NCBI GenBank assembly: GCA_038087875.1
Contig: CM075987.1
Span: 26,848,001-26,912,000 of the forward strand
Direction of reading: 5' to 3'
Source: Malacoraja senta
Lineage: Eukaryota
Length of the DNA: 64,000 nucleotides
The position numbers and the translations under genes are program-made. How positions within the stretch are numbered: position 1 is the stretch's first letter; every line of letters begins with the position of its first letter. The notes below the pieces were generated by a model. It saw nothing but the letters and a program-made list of their open reading frames with translations, searched no databases and was not told the DNA's origin. This document shows positions 47,361-60,344 of this stretch, piece by piece.

Positions 47361-48550
47361 CCAAAGACATACAGGTTTGTTGGTTAATTGGCTTAGTAAT
47401 ATTGTAAAGTTGTCCCACGTGTGTACAGGATGGTGCCAGTGTGCGGGGATCGCTGGTCGGCGCGGACTCGGTGGACCAGAGGACCTGATTCCACACTGTA
47501 TCTCTAAACCAACACTAAAGTAAACCTCTGTGAGATCACGGTAAACAAAAGTGCTGGGAAACTCAGCGGGTGCAGCAGGATCTATGGAGCGAAGGAAATA
47601 GGCAACACTATAGATGCTACTGCACCCGCTGAGTTTCTCCAGCACTTTTGTCTACCTTCTATTTTCCAGCATCTGCAGTTCCTTCTTAAACTCTATCAGA
47701 TCACCCCTCATCCTCCTGTGCTCCAAGGAATAGAGTCCCAGACTGCTCAACCTCTCCCTATAGCTCAGGGTATGGTCATCTTCATAGAAACATAGGTGCA
47801 GGAGCAGGCCATTCGGCCCATCGAGTCAGCACCGCCATTCAATATGATCATGGCTGATCATCCAGAATTAGCACCCCGTTCCTGCTTTCTCCCCATATCC
47901 CTTGATTCCGTTAGCCCGAAGAGCTAAATCTAACACTAAGTGATGTCTTCACTGAGCTTGCTCTGACGTAACCAGCAATGGCCACACTAACTCCTCCTCA
48001 AACAGCCTGCGGTGCCCAGAGATACAAAGGTGAAAGTTGCAGCAATGTCCGATGGTAATGCTGCCCCTGCCTTCAGGTCAGACTATCTCATACCGTGACG
48101 TATTCCAAGGGCAGAAGGTACAGGAGCCTGAAAACTGCAACGTCCAGGTTCAGGAACAGCTTCCTCCCATCAGCCTATTAAACACTACAACCTCAAATAA
48201 GCTGTGAACTACAAGGACTATTGTTGTTATTATTGCACGATTATTGCTGTTTGCTTTTCATATGTACATATGTGTGTGTGTATATAAACATATATATGTG
48301 CGTGTATACAGTATATATATGTGCGTATATTATATATATATATATATATAGGCATATAGATATATATATGTGTGTGTATGTGTAGGACAGAACAGCAGAT
48401 GCTGGTTTAAACCAAAGATAGACACACTCAGCGGGACAGGCAGCAACTCTGGATAGAAGGAATAGGTGACATTTCGGGTCGAGACCCTTCTTTAGACGTC
48501 ACCCATTCCTTCTCTCCAGAGATGCTGCCTGTCCCGCTGAGTTACTCCAG

Positions 48551-48684
<134 letters not shown>

Positions 48685-49584
48685 ATACTGTATATGTGTG
48701 GATATATATATGTGTGCATGTATATGTGTGTGTGTGTATATATATGGTCTGTGTATGTATATATACACACACACACTTCACATTTTTTCTCATTTATTAC
48801 CCTGTTTACAGAGCACCATGTTTCCCTATTGTGTCGTGCTGCTGCAAGTAAACATGTCAGTGTTCTGTCTGGGACACATGACAATGAAACACTCTTGCCT
48901 CTTGGCGAGGTGACATGTCTGGATGACATCTTATCAGTCGCTGCCCCTATGGTGCTTCCGTATGTCCCGTCTAATTAACCCAATCAAACAGCTGTAGCGT
49001 ACAGCACAAAGGTGTGTTGTCTCTCTTGCACGTCTCAGTGTGTATGGCAAGGATCTATTATCCTTGGCACAGCTGCTTCCTGTAGAATACAAAGCAGGTG
49101 CCCGGGAGACAGCACGCCAGCATTTCAGTTCTAATCCTCTCCGCTGTTTTCTCCTCCCATCTCCTGAGGCCACTAACCTGTCTCTGGACCCCACCCAGGT
49201 GGCCCTCAATCAGCTGCAGCCTTAGATTCAGTCTCAAGAAGGGTCCCGACCCGAAACGCCACCCATTCCTTCTCTGCAGAGATGCTGCCTGACCCGCTGA
49301 GTTGGTCCAGCATTGTGTGTCCAGCATCTGCAGCTTTAGACCCGATTGTTTGACCAGGCTATCTGTTGAAGAACATCCATCACAACCCAAGCCCCATCCA
49401 ACACCCGTTCACTTCCATATTATATGCGGTAGAGATGGTCAGATATCGATCAGCTGTGATGAACATCGTCCAATTTTCCCTACGGTTGTAGACAACCTCA
49501 GGCCAAGCCCGTTTGGGATTGGTGACGGTCTCCTGAGCCCAGACTAGGAACAGACATTCATGAGCGACAGGATCCCACCTTCAC

Positions 49585-49795
49585 AGGATCACATCTTCCC
49601 ATCTCCACCGTGTTCCGCAGAGACCGTTCCCTCCACAACTCCCTGGACCACTCATCCCTTCCCGCCCAAACCTCTCCATCCCCGACTACCTTCACCTGCA
49701 AGAGATGCAACACCTGTCGCTATACCTCCTCCCTCGACTCTGTCCAGGGACCCCGACAGTCCTTTCAGGTTAGGCAGATGTCCACTTGCACCTCA
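49585..49795 (+). mobile_element. Penelope-like ORF fragment (RT-endonuclease linker)
   Basis: FRRDRSLHNSL...CKRCNTC...GPRQSFQVRQMSTCTS, the typical PLE Cys linker before GIY-YIG. Confidence 0.75.
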
Positions 49796-50384
49796 TAAGG
49801 TTAAAAGTGATAAGAGCAGAATTAGGCCATTCAGCCCATCGAGTCTACTCCGCCACTCAATCATGGCTGATCGATCTCTCTCTCCGAACCCCATTCTCCT
49901 GTCTTCTCACCGTAACCCCTGCAACCCGTGGTAATCAAGAACCTATCTATCTCTACCTCAATAATATCCATCGACTTGGCCTCCACAGCCGTCTGTGGCA
50001 ATGAATTCCTCAGATTCACCACCCTCTGACTAAATAAATTCCTCCTCATGGTGAACTTTGTCCAATCTTCCCAACAGCTGTTGATATCAAAGTGCTGGAG
50101 TAATTCAGCGGGTCGGGCAGCATCTCTGGAGAAAAGGAGTACGTGACGTTTCGGGTCAAGACCTTTCTTCAGACTGAGAGTAGAGGGGAGGAAACTGGAG
50201 GTGCGGAGAGGCCAGAATAAATCAGGGCCGGTAACAGATGACCAAGGAATAGTGGAGCCCACAATGGTCCATTGTTGGCTGGGGAAGAGGTGATAACGAG
50301 ATGCTGCTTGACCCGCTCAGTTACTCCAGCACTTTGTATCTATCGCCAGTCAGCTATTTGGCTGGTAGTGGGTGCAATTGCTTC

Positions 50385-50690
50385 AGTTTAGAGATACAGT
50401 GTGGAAACAGGCCTTTCGGCCCACCAAGTCCACGTGAGCCAGCGATCCCCGCACATTAACACCATCCTACACACACTGGGGACAATTTTACATTTATACC
50501 AAGCCAATTCACTTACAAACCTGTATGTCTTTAGAGTGTGGGAGGAAACCAAAGATCCCGGAGAAAACCCACGTGGTCACGGGGGAGAACGTACAAACTC
50601 CATACGGACAGCACCCGTAGTCGGGATCGAACCCGGGTGTCTGGTGCTGTGTGGCAGCAACTCCATCGCTGTGCCACCGTGCCGCCCCCA
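50385..50690 (-). mobile_element. V-SINE (HE1-like)
   Basis: Reverse-complement SINE consensus. Confidence 0.85.
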
Positions 50691-51769
50691 TTCCTTGGCA
50701 TTTTTTAGCTGCCATTTCCAATTAAGGTTGCGATCTGGCAAGCCAGGTTAGGAGTGAGACTCAGCACGACCAACAATAAGGACTGAATCCATTCATCATT
50801 TAAACCAGACATAAATCTATCCCCCAAAGAGCAGTTTAAGAACTCAAAGAGGTTGTCGAGACCGAGTAAATCTTTCAATGCAACACAAACCGGTGAGTGG
50901 TTCTGCTGTTGATTGGTTCCTTGAACCATACTTGCAAGTGGCTGCGGATTGAAATAATCGCTGATTTCTACGCTGTTTCAGTGCAGGGAGCACCTTTGGC
51001 CTTCTGTGTGGCTGGTTGGAGTGCAGTAATCCTGACGCCGATCTATGTCAACATATTGTGTAAGAAGAAACTGCAGATGTTGGTTTAAAACCGAAGATAG
51101 ACACAAAAAGCTGGAGTAACTCAGCGGGACAGGCAGCATCACTGGAGAGAAGGAATGGATGACGTTTCGGGCCGAGTCCGAAGAAGGGTCTCGAGCCGAA
51201 ATGTCACCCATTCCTTCTCTGCATGGATACTGCCTGTCCCTCTGAGTGACTCCAGCATTTTGTGTCTATCTTTGTTGGGCCGAAGGGCCAGTTTCCGCGC
51301 TGTATTTCTAAAACGAAACTAAAAACCAAACACTTTTCTTTCAAAGTATAACTACCTTGTTTCACAGCTCGTTAATAATACAGGTTCAATGTTGACAATA
51401 TATCACACATCAAGCATGAACGGTTCATAATTCAGGAGATCCAGGGTAAGAATGAATGATTCTGATGCTTTTTGCTTCAAGACTGGCAGTAAGTCATGTC
51501 ATTGCAATAATGATCTTTACATCCCATGGTCTTCACTGTGTGATTTACTCTCCACTCTCCCAGTCTTCAATCTAATCACTTTTTTTTTGTCAAGACAACT
51601 TGTAAAATTTTACATAGACAAAAGTGACAAACAATGATCATCAGGTCATCAGGAAGTGGAGTAGAATTAGACCATTCGGAGGGATGAGATTCATTTTCAC
51701 ACCTCACCCTCCCATATTTTCCCACTCCCTTGACTCTCAGTCTGAAGTTCATAAGTTCATAGAAACAAA

Positions 51770-52745
51770 ACACATGGAAACAGAGAAAAATAGATGCAGG
51801 AGTAGGCCATTTGCCCTTTGAGCCAGCACCGCCATTCAATATGATCATGGCTGATCATGAGAGGGGATCTCATTGAAACATATAAGATTGTTAAGGGCTT
51901 GGACGCGCTAGAGGCAGGAAACATGTTCCCGATGTTATGTTTAACAATAAGGGGTAAGCCATTTAGAACGGAGACGAGGAAACGCTTTTTCTCACAGAGA
52001 GTGGTGAGTCTGTGGAATTCTCTGCCTCAGAGGGCGGTGGAGGCGGGTTCCCTGGATGCTTTCAAGAGAGAGCTAGATAGGGCTCTTAAAAATAGCGGAG
52101 TCAGGGGATATGGGGAGAAGGCAGGAACGGGGTACTGATTGGGGATGATCAGCCATGATCACATTGAATGGCGGTGCTGGCTCAAAGGGCCGAATGGCCT
52201 ACTCCTGCACCTATTGTCTATTGTCTATTGTCTATTGATCATCCAAAATCAGTACCCTGTTCCTGCTTTCTCCCCATATCCCTTGATTCCGTTAGCCCTA
52301 AGAGCTAAATCTAACTCTTTGAAAACATCCAGTGAATTGGCCTCCACTGCCTTCTGTGACTGAGAATTCCACAGATTCATAATTCCCTGCGTGAAAAGAT
52401 TTTTCCTCATCTCAGTCCTAAATGGCCTACCACTTTTTCTTCAACTGTGACCCCTGTTTCTGAACTCCCCCAACATCGGGAACATTTTTCCTGGATCGGG
52501 AACATTTCTCCTGCATAGTTCATAGGGTGATGGGATAAGAATTAGGCCATTTGGCCCCATCAAGTCTACTCTGCCATTCAATCATGGCCGATCTATCTCT
52601 CCCTCCTAACCCCATTCTCCTGCCTTCTCCCCTTAACCTCTGACACCCGTATTAATCAAGAATCTACCTATCGCTGCCTTAAAAATATCCGCTGACTTGG
52701 CCTCCACAGCCTTCTGTGGCAGAGAATTCCACAGATTCACCACAT
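51770..52745. mobile_element. Cluster of nested CR1 3' fragments (plus copy 51857-52237 inside minus copies)
   Basis: MRGDLIETYKIVKGLD...FFSQRVVSLWNSLPQRAVEA; (CTATTGT)n tail. Confidence 0.85.
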
Positions 52746-53680
52746 GGTCCATTGTTGGCTATGGGCTAGGAGAAACTGAGCAGGATGACAGTGAAACTAG
52801 TACGACGACTAGGATGTGGGAGGGACAGGAAGAGAGAGCGGGGAAGCAAGGGTTACTTGAAGTTAGAGAAATCAATGTTCATACCGCTGGGGTTGTAAGC
52901 TGCCCAAGCGAAATATGAGGTGCTGTTCCTCCAATTTGCAGAAGTCTTTGTTGTTCACTGCCTCCAGGTGGCCACCTCAGTGCAGTAACCATCATCTGCC
53001 TCTCAGGTCCATCCGTGAACCAACACTCAACCGGGCAGAAGTTTTAATGAGCATTGATATGTAGAAGAAATAAAGAAAATCGGAGAGCCCCAATGAAAAC
53101 AAACAGAAATGATGTTGGTGGGAGGAAGAATTTTTAAATGAAAAACCTTAGACCAACCAACAAAAACAAAAACAAACAGAATCCAACGTTGAATAGACTG
53201 ACAGAAAAGCTCTGGCTTAGAAGACGACTTTGAAGTTACCGTTGAGAAATTTCATTAAATTCTTTGACAATTGTTGCATCGCCTTCAGGAAGTCAAAGAG
53301 ATCAGTGCTGCCCTGCAGTTCAAATAAACCTTCACAGATGTGATAGTCTTTGAACAGTACTGCAGTACACAGCTCTGATGCTGGAGAAAGTGGGATTTAA
53401 TTGATGGAAACTACAGAGGGCCACATGAATTTTTTCTACATAATTTTAATGGAAATACTGTAGTTTTCTGCTCGAGAGATTATTACTTACAGAGAAGATC
53501 TCTATTGATAAAATTGTAGAGATACACAAGTGTGGAAACAGGCCCTTCGGCCCAACTTGCCCACACCGGCCAACATGTCCCAGCACAGCACAGAAACATC
53601 ATATCTATACTGACAACTTATTTATCCAAATGCCTCGACAATTCATGTTCTCACCTTGTTACTTCAAGAGTCAAGAGTTA

Positions 53681-53982
53681 AGGGCCTGTCCCACTGTGCG
53701 AGGTAATTCAAGAGTTCTCCCGAGTTTCCCCTGATTCGAACTCAGAGAATTACGGTGATAGCCGCTCGTCGGTACTCGGGGCTCTCGTGGACATTTTTCA
53801 ACATGTTCAAAAATCTTCACGAGCTTACCGCGTTACCGCGTTAGCGTTACGAGCCGCTAAGAGACGTCCACGAGCTCCGACGTACCCGCTACGTACATTC
53901 TACGTACTTACCACGAGTTTGATTTTTTTTTTTTTAAACTCGTGAGTGCTCTTGGGTGAACTCGTATAGTGGGACAGGCCCT
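53681..53982. mobile_element. PIF/Harbinger MITE, family A, second copy
   Basis: AGGGCCTGTCCCACT / AGTGGGACAGGCCCT; interior matches 16100-16430. Confidence 0.85.
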
Positions 53983-54985
53983 CTAAGAGTCAAGAATGTT
54001 TAATTGCCAATTGCCATTATTTACTGGCAACAGAATGTTGAAATTCTTACTAACGGCCCGTGGGGGCAATAACACACAGTTAACCCATTCTTTCTTTCCT
54101 TCTCTCCAGAGATGCCACCTGTCCCGCTGAGTTACTCCAGCATTTTGTGTCTATCTTCGATTTAAACCAGCACCTGCAGTTGTTTCCTACACTCAGATAA
54201 ATATATAATGATCAATAATTCAATCAATTAATAATTGTAATGCTAGGTAACCATAATAGTGTAATAGTCAGCTTTGCTCCGGTTTCCTCACACCTGCCAA
54301 AGATGTACAGGTTTATATGAATGAATAGGTTTATTGGCCAAGTATGTACACATACAAGGATTTTGCCTTGGTGCTCCACTCGCAAGTAACAACACGATGT
54401 AAGGACTATTAAGAATAAAACATAAAACATCAAGAATAGTAAGATTAAACGAGAACTTACCAGTTTGAAGTTTGATCATTATTTTATGAGGAGTTACGTT
54501 GGTGATTACGTGAAGAACCCCGTCAGGGCGCATGCGCGTCAATCTTCAAAGCAGCGGTATGAAATCACAGACAAAACCATAATTGAAGTAACATATTAAG
54601 ATGAGGAACATGAGAACTACCATTACGACCTTTTTTCTATGAGAGAGGGTTGGGCCGTGGCGGGCACGTAATCACCAACGTAACTCCTCATAAAATAAAG
54701 ATCAAACTTCAAACTGGTAAGTTCTCATTTAATCTTACTATTTTACTTCGGAGTCACGTGAGTGACTGCGTGAAGATTTTAAAGCTCTGTGATTTTTATG
54801 CCGCAGATCAAAATCCCGGCTTCTCACTGCATCGATTGACTGAGTATCATCAATAATGCTGTAAACATGACATTGCATATCATGCAAAAACAAAACAGTT
54901 TTATTTTTGGTCATAAAACAACCAATAAACCCTCTTAATGTAGGGCAACAAACGAAACAGAATGAAACAGTATTGAAAACAGACT

Positions 54986-55935
54986 TTAAACAATAGCAAC
55001 AGCACTCAATATTGAGTTGGCAAACAGCCCTCCATCGGCAATCGGCCGATGGTAGTATTGCTGAAACACAAGTTCATTTTTCCAACCTGCGGCTTTTAAT
55101 ATATGGTCGATGGGAACGTCAATCGCCCTGGCCGCGGATGTTGCTACTGCGCTAGTGGAATGAGATGTAAACACATAAATGTTAATTCCTGCCTGAACCA
55201 ACTCTTGCTTTAACCACCTTGAGATAGTCTGAACTGCCACTCTTTTATGTTGGCTTTTTGTAACTGACAAATAATCCTGTTTCTTCTTGTCTTAAAGCCC
55301 TTGTGGCTTCAATGTAATGTAACAAATGTGTCCTTACACATAAACATGGAGCTGTAGGATATGCTGAGAACACAATCTTAAAACCTGTCACACCTGGCCT
55401 GCTTTGTTTGAGCAGGTCAGAAATATAAAACAGAACATTCTCTGTATTCACTTCCATTCTCTCGAACTGAAGTTTTTTGGAAAGTCTGCACTCTCTGTAC
55501 TGACACCAATGCCATTAGCATAGCCAATTTCATGGTTAATTTTAACAAAGTTATAGCCGTGACAGGGACCCAATGTTACGAACAACGCTTACCTCGCAGA
55601 TTACCATATACCTAGGCTTAGGCGGTTTGGAATTAGATTCCTTTCATCAACCTAGATATGAGAGGGTGAGAACCTATACTTTGTGTCCGTGTACCTATTA
55701 CAAGATATGCGGACAAAGCACTTCTAGCTGTATTGATAGCAGTATAGCTAAGACCTTCATCATAATAAAGTGTAGATAAACTCTAACACATTTTCAATAA
55801 CTACAGTATCATATTGAATATTCTTTTGAACACAATATTGTTCCTTTTTTTTTTCATGTCATATACTGTTTTTGAGTACTCTTTCTCCAGACTGCAGCGA
55901 GTATATACACCGTTGGCCTAGAAAGTCCTCGACCA
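54986..55935 (-). pseudogene. DIRS tyrosine recombinase (frameshifted)
   Basis: RGLS...WRKSTQKQY; KLAMLMALVSVQRVQT; LLKQSRPG; TISRWLK..L..AGI...FTSHSTS..ATS...ILKAAGW...FQQYY. Confidence 0.9.
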
Positions 55936-55949
55936 ATGTAAGGCATTCT

Positions 55950-56345
55950 TGAAACCTGCAAACTAACAGATCCATACCGTCACATAACGGATGAACTTAA
56001 TGCGTTACTGGATGCTCCAGCAAATTCCTACTGTTTGGAATCAGCAAAAAAAAAAAAGGTTGGATCGCTATCTGTAACATCAAAGGGAACCATGGTTGAA
56101 TCAGGCAATTTGGTATCACCAAAACCCCTGAAGCGGCATCCTGCTTGATTTTCTCAAACACCGACCTATGAGGCAGAATGGTGGGAAAATGTACACAAAC
56201 ATATCATCCCAATTTAGTGAAAAAGCATCAATTGCCACTGCCCCTGGATCTGGTGCCTATGAAACATATTTTGGCCTTCCATATAGAAGTACTATGTTCT
56301 TGAACACATCCTGGTTCCACATCCACTCTGTGTTATGATGGAATT
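55950..56345 (-). pseudogene. DIRS N6-adenine methyltransferase-like domain (degraded)
   Basis: NTEWMWNQDVF...YVS*APDPGAVAIDAFSLNW...YIFPPFCLIGRCL...QPWFP (FPPF = motif IV-like). Confidence 0.8.
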
Positions 56346-57600
56346 TTCGTGAGCTGCCATCTGGTACTACATTAAGTTTCCCTGGCAGATAGATAGCTCC
56401 AATCCAAATCTCTCTATCCCTACTCCAGGTCCAATTGTATTTGCCAACCTGTCACATGATAACGATTTGAGTCCACCCATGTGATTCATATCAGCAACTG
56501 CTGCAGTGTTGTCTATTTTGCACTGCACATGCAAACTAGTTTAGTTAGTGCCATAAGCCTCGAGTCCATAAAATACTCTTGGTTAATTCCCCATGTATGC
56601 AGAAGCAATGTTCATCTGTCTCCACAGCTCGATCTTGTATCAGTAGCACCCTACCCAAGTGCTCTGACATCTATCTGCAAATCATGGAAGCTTGGTCCAA
56701 TAACACTTTGGAACTACTAGTGGACACATGCTGAATCCACCATTGTACATCAGCAACAGCCTCTATTGATAGAAGCATAGGTCTATTATAATGACCCCAA
56801 TGTATCCTCAATGCTTGTTCCTTTGACCTTTGTAATTGTAGATAATAAAGTGGCCATATTGAACTGCTGGAAATGCTGCCAGCCATTACCACAGCAGTCT
56901 TGTCACCTGGCTAATTGAAGGCTGTGTGTTAGCAATTAACTTGATATAGCTCTTAATTAGCTGTACCCTTTTTTGCCTGGGCAAGGTCACAATGATGTTG
57001 ATTAAGTCCATTGTGAACCCAACTAGTCAATTTGTGTCACAGGTATAAATTTAGATTCCTCAGAATAGCTTATAAAGCCCAATTAAAATTGGTTTTTACC
57101 AACTGCCACTGATGCTTCAGCTGTTTCCTTTGATTGTCCTACAATCAAGATATTATCTAGCTAAGCCATGAGCACATGACCTTGACTTCTCTTCATGCCT
57201 AGAATAGGTTTTAACAACTTTGTAATCCCTCTAGGAGCTGAAGACAAACCATTAGGCAGTGGATTGTATTGGCATAATTCCCCATCCAGCTGAATTTTAA
57301 ATCTTCTATCCTGCAAATGAACAGACACTGAATCCGCATCTTTAAGATCTCCTTCACAAACGTTTCCATCTTAAAATGTCTATACCGTACAAAAGGGTTA
57401 AGCCTATTCAGGTCTGTATAATTCTGCATCCCCCCATCCTTTTTTGGTCTGGGAAAGATATTGGACACAAACTGATGGCTTTGGTAAACTGCCTTAGCAA
57501 TTACACCTTTATTACATAAGCTTGCAAGTTCCAGCTGAACTTCCAATTGTTCAGTGATACTGAAGTCAAACTCCTTTTTTGGAACATGTTGCATGGGTAA
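56346..57600 (-). pseudogene. DIRS reverse transcriptase / RNase H (degraded)
   Basis: FVSNIFPRPKKDGG...DLNRLNPFVRYRHFKMET; active site reads A*LDN at ~57152-57166; IDVRALG*G (TDASxxGWG-like); YLPGKLNVVPD. Confidence 0.9.
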
Positions 57601-57719
57601 ATCAGAATTTGCATTTAAGCCCTTGAATAACCTTCAGTATAAACATATCTGAGGTAAACATTTAATTGTATCACATTAGATCTGTCTACATGAGAACCAG
57701 ACCCTCTTACCTCCTTACC

Positions 57720-58950
57720 ACCTGGCATTCTTCCCCGGCCTTGAGCTGGATATCTCACCTCCGTGGCGGTGCTACAGCCGAACGCCAACTGCGCTGCATC
57801 GTAGCTGGACTCGTCCCTTGCCCGGACCAGTCTGCTCCCTTATAGGGATACTTCCGCTTTGGTGAATATGTGGCTGCCGTCTTAGCCTCCTCCTCCAGCT
57901 CCTTCACCTGCTGTGCGAAATCCTCGCCAAACAGCTGTGCCAGTTGCACTGTGCCAGGCTGGCAGAGTGAAGCATATTTAGCATTGATGGTTGGTCTAAT
58001 CGCATCTTGCGGAGGCAATTGATCTCAAAGTGGGCACTCCACAATAGCGCCTTTTGTTGTAATTTGTCATGCCCTCTCCATCCACCATCCTGGCAAAGCT
58101 CGTTATACCAGATGCCAGCAACTTTAAAAATATGCTGGAGCTTCACATGCTCCTGGGCTTTCTCCCCACAGTTGATTGGGGCTTAATACTTCGTTACTGT
58201 CTCATCCATTGTCAGCTCCTGTAGCTGATGTGAGACTTGGTAATTTATGCTGGTGGCAAGTTCCTCACCCAGAGGCTCACCAGCATCCGACGACATGGCA
58301 AACCGTGCTGCACACGGTGTCAGCTCTGACAGCTGCCTGCCCTCCCTTTGGAAGTCGTCGGACTCAGGATCAGAGCGTATCTGCCCTTCTGCACTCACCT
58401 CTTGCAAAGAGGGTGCTTTCAAGCAGGCCTCTACTAGGCACTGCCAGCGGAGCCGTCCCCACGGCCTCCCGCCTGCACAACTCCTCCTGGAGTATGGCTT
58501 TATGAAGCAGGCCTCTCCAAGGCACTGCCAGCGGAGCCTTCCCTAAGGCTTCCCGCCTGCACAACTCCTCCTGGAGTTGTGGCTTTATGAGGCAGACCTC
58601 TCCTAGGCACTGCCAGTGGAGCCTTCCCTATGGCTTCCCTCCTGTATTACTCCTCCTGGAGCGTCTCTGTGGAGCAGCCCCTGTATGAGCTGCTCCTTTT
58701 GGATAACCGCTGGGGAACGGTATCCTGTCCCCGACGGGACTCTCGTGGCCCGACTCTACGGAGTCTTTAGCCCTTACAGACTTGGCGTATGCCGACCGCC
58801 CGACTGGCGTTGGCTGTGTACCCGGCTGGGCACTTTGCCAAGTCTGTCGCCGCACCGCTACCGGCTTGCGACTCCCCCGAGGTGACAGGCTGCCTTTCAG
58901 AGACTGCGCCCCGCAGCTCTCTCTCCCCTTGTCGGCAGCAGCCTGCACCT
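57720..58950 (-). pseudogene. DIRS gag-like ORF1 (degraded) with 84-bp tandem repeat
   Basis: AIRPTINAKYASLC...LFGEDFAQQVKEL is typical of DIRS gag; ~3 repeat units at ~58420-58660. Confidence 0.7.
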
Positions 58951-59179
58951 TTTACTTGTTCCTGTCTATGGGGGGAAAAAAAACCCAGCAGAAACAATTT
59001 ATTTACTTTTTCCTAACTCCTCCAAAGTCTCCCCGACTTTGGTGGAGCTGTATTTACTCACGTTGCAGAAGGAGCTCCGAGCTCCCGCTGCCGTTGTCGC
59101 CAATGCGTCCGACGTAATGACGCGCATGCGCCCTTACGGGGTTCTTCACGTAGTCACTCACGTGACTCCGAAGTAAAAT

Positions 59180-59535
59180 TAAAAATTATAGTTTAAACCC
59201 TTGAATGAAATAAAATACCAGAGCAAAAGGAGGCTGCAGACTTTTGGTTATTGAGTAGAGCTACTACTCGTGGGAAAAAGTTGTTTTTATGTCTGGCTGT
59301 GGTGGCTTTGACAGTCCGGAGTCGCCTTCCAGAGGGAAGTGATTCAGAGAGTTTGTGGCCAGGGTGAGAGCGGTTAGAGATGATCTTACCCGCTCACTTC
59401 CTGACCCGTGCAGTGTACAGTTCGTCGACGGGGGGAAGGCTGCAGCCAACAACCTTCTCGGCTGATCGGACGATTCGCTGCAGCCTCCGGATGTCGTGCT
59501 TGGTGGCTGAGCCAAGCCAGACCAAGATGGAGTCT
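59180..59535 (-). mobile_element. Rex1/Babar 3' fragment hosting the DIRS (its 3'UTR continues at 54317-54434)
   Basis: SILVWLGSATKHDIRRLQRIVRSAEKVVGCSLP...LPSGRRLRTVKATTARHKNNFFP on the minus strand. Confidence 0.85.
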
Positions 59536-60344
59536 GTCAATTCTGTAAGTTGTTCCTAGTGTGCAGGAGAGAACTAGAACTTTGTTGGCTGGCGCGGCAT
59601 CGATGGGCCGAAGGGCCACGCTGCATTTCTAAAACTAAAACTAAAAAACAAAGCAAAAAGAGCTGTATTCAAATTAGAACGGTATGCAAAAGACCATATT
59701 TCAGAATGAAAAGTGTTAAAAAAAGTGTTCAACTGCACAAATATATCTTCCCCGATGATTCATTGAGATTCAAGGTTTTATGTGGCTTTAGTTTTGGAGT
59801 CAATTTCTTTCAATGTAATTTTTTGACATGGACATCTTTTCTATTGCTGTGAAAAGAATACTTTTTACACGCAAAGTCTGTCTGCTCAAGCCACAGAATT
59901 AAATCGACTCCTATCACTCTCCCCACAGCCAGACAATGCCACTGATTTTCTGTTCCAGAGCAAACAAAAGCAATTGGCGTTTTATTGTTCTTTTTCCCAC
60001 ATGTTTGACAGTTTGTGACATTACTTACGAAAGGAGGCACAGAGGGAATAATGGAACTATTGACCAGATCGCAGTAAAATGTTGAATTGTTGTGTCTGAA
60101 GAAGGGTCTTGACCCAGAACATTACCAATCCAGGTTCTCCAGAGATGCTGCCTGACTAGCCGAGTTCCTCCAGCATCTTGTGTCTTTGTTTCTCCATCAG
60201 AAAGGATGTGGATAAACAAGCATTTAGAAAATCATATGATTTCGCAGAGACAACCAGGAAAAAGTAGTATAAATGTCTTTTTGAAGATGAAGTGGCAGTC
60301 AACATAAAAATGGACCAGTGAGTGGGGAAGAGCAAGTTTGGTTT

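Larger units (their letters stand above)
54435..59179 (-). mobile_element. DIRS1-type tyrosine-recombinase retrotransposon, structurally complete, inactivated
   Basis: ITR 54507-54541 vs 59118-59152 (35 bp, 1 mismatch); ICR 54665-54776 complementary to both termini; AAT at both ends; gag, RT, RNaseH, MT and YR remnants in order. Confidence 0.95.

Noticed and set aside
49380..49545. Possible minus-strand exon (TTCCTAG acceptor; WAQETVTNPKRAWPEVVYNRRENW...)
   Set aside because: No recognisable homology, no convincing donor site and no neighbouring exons; insufficient support
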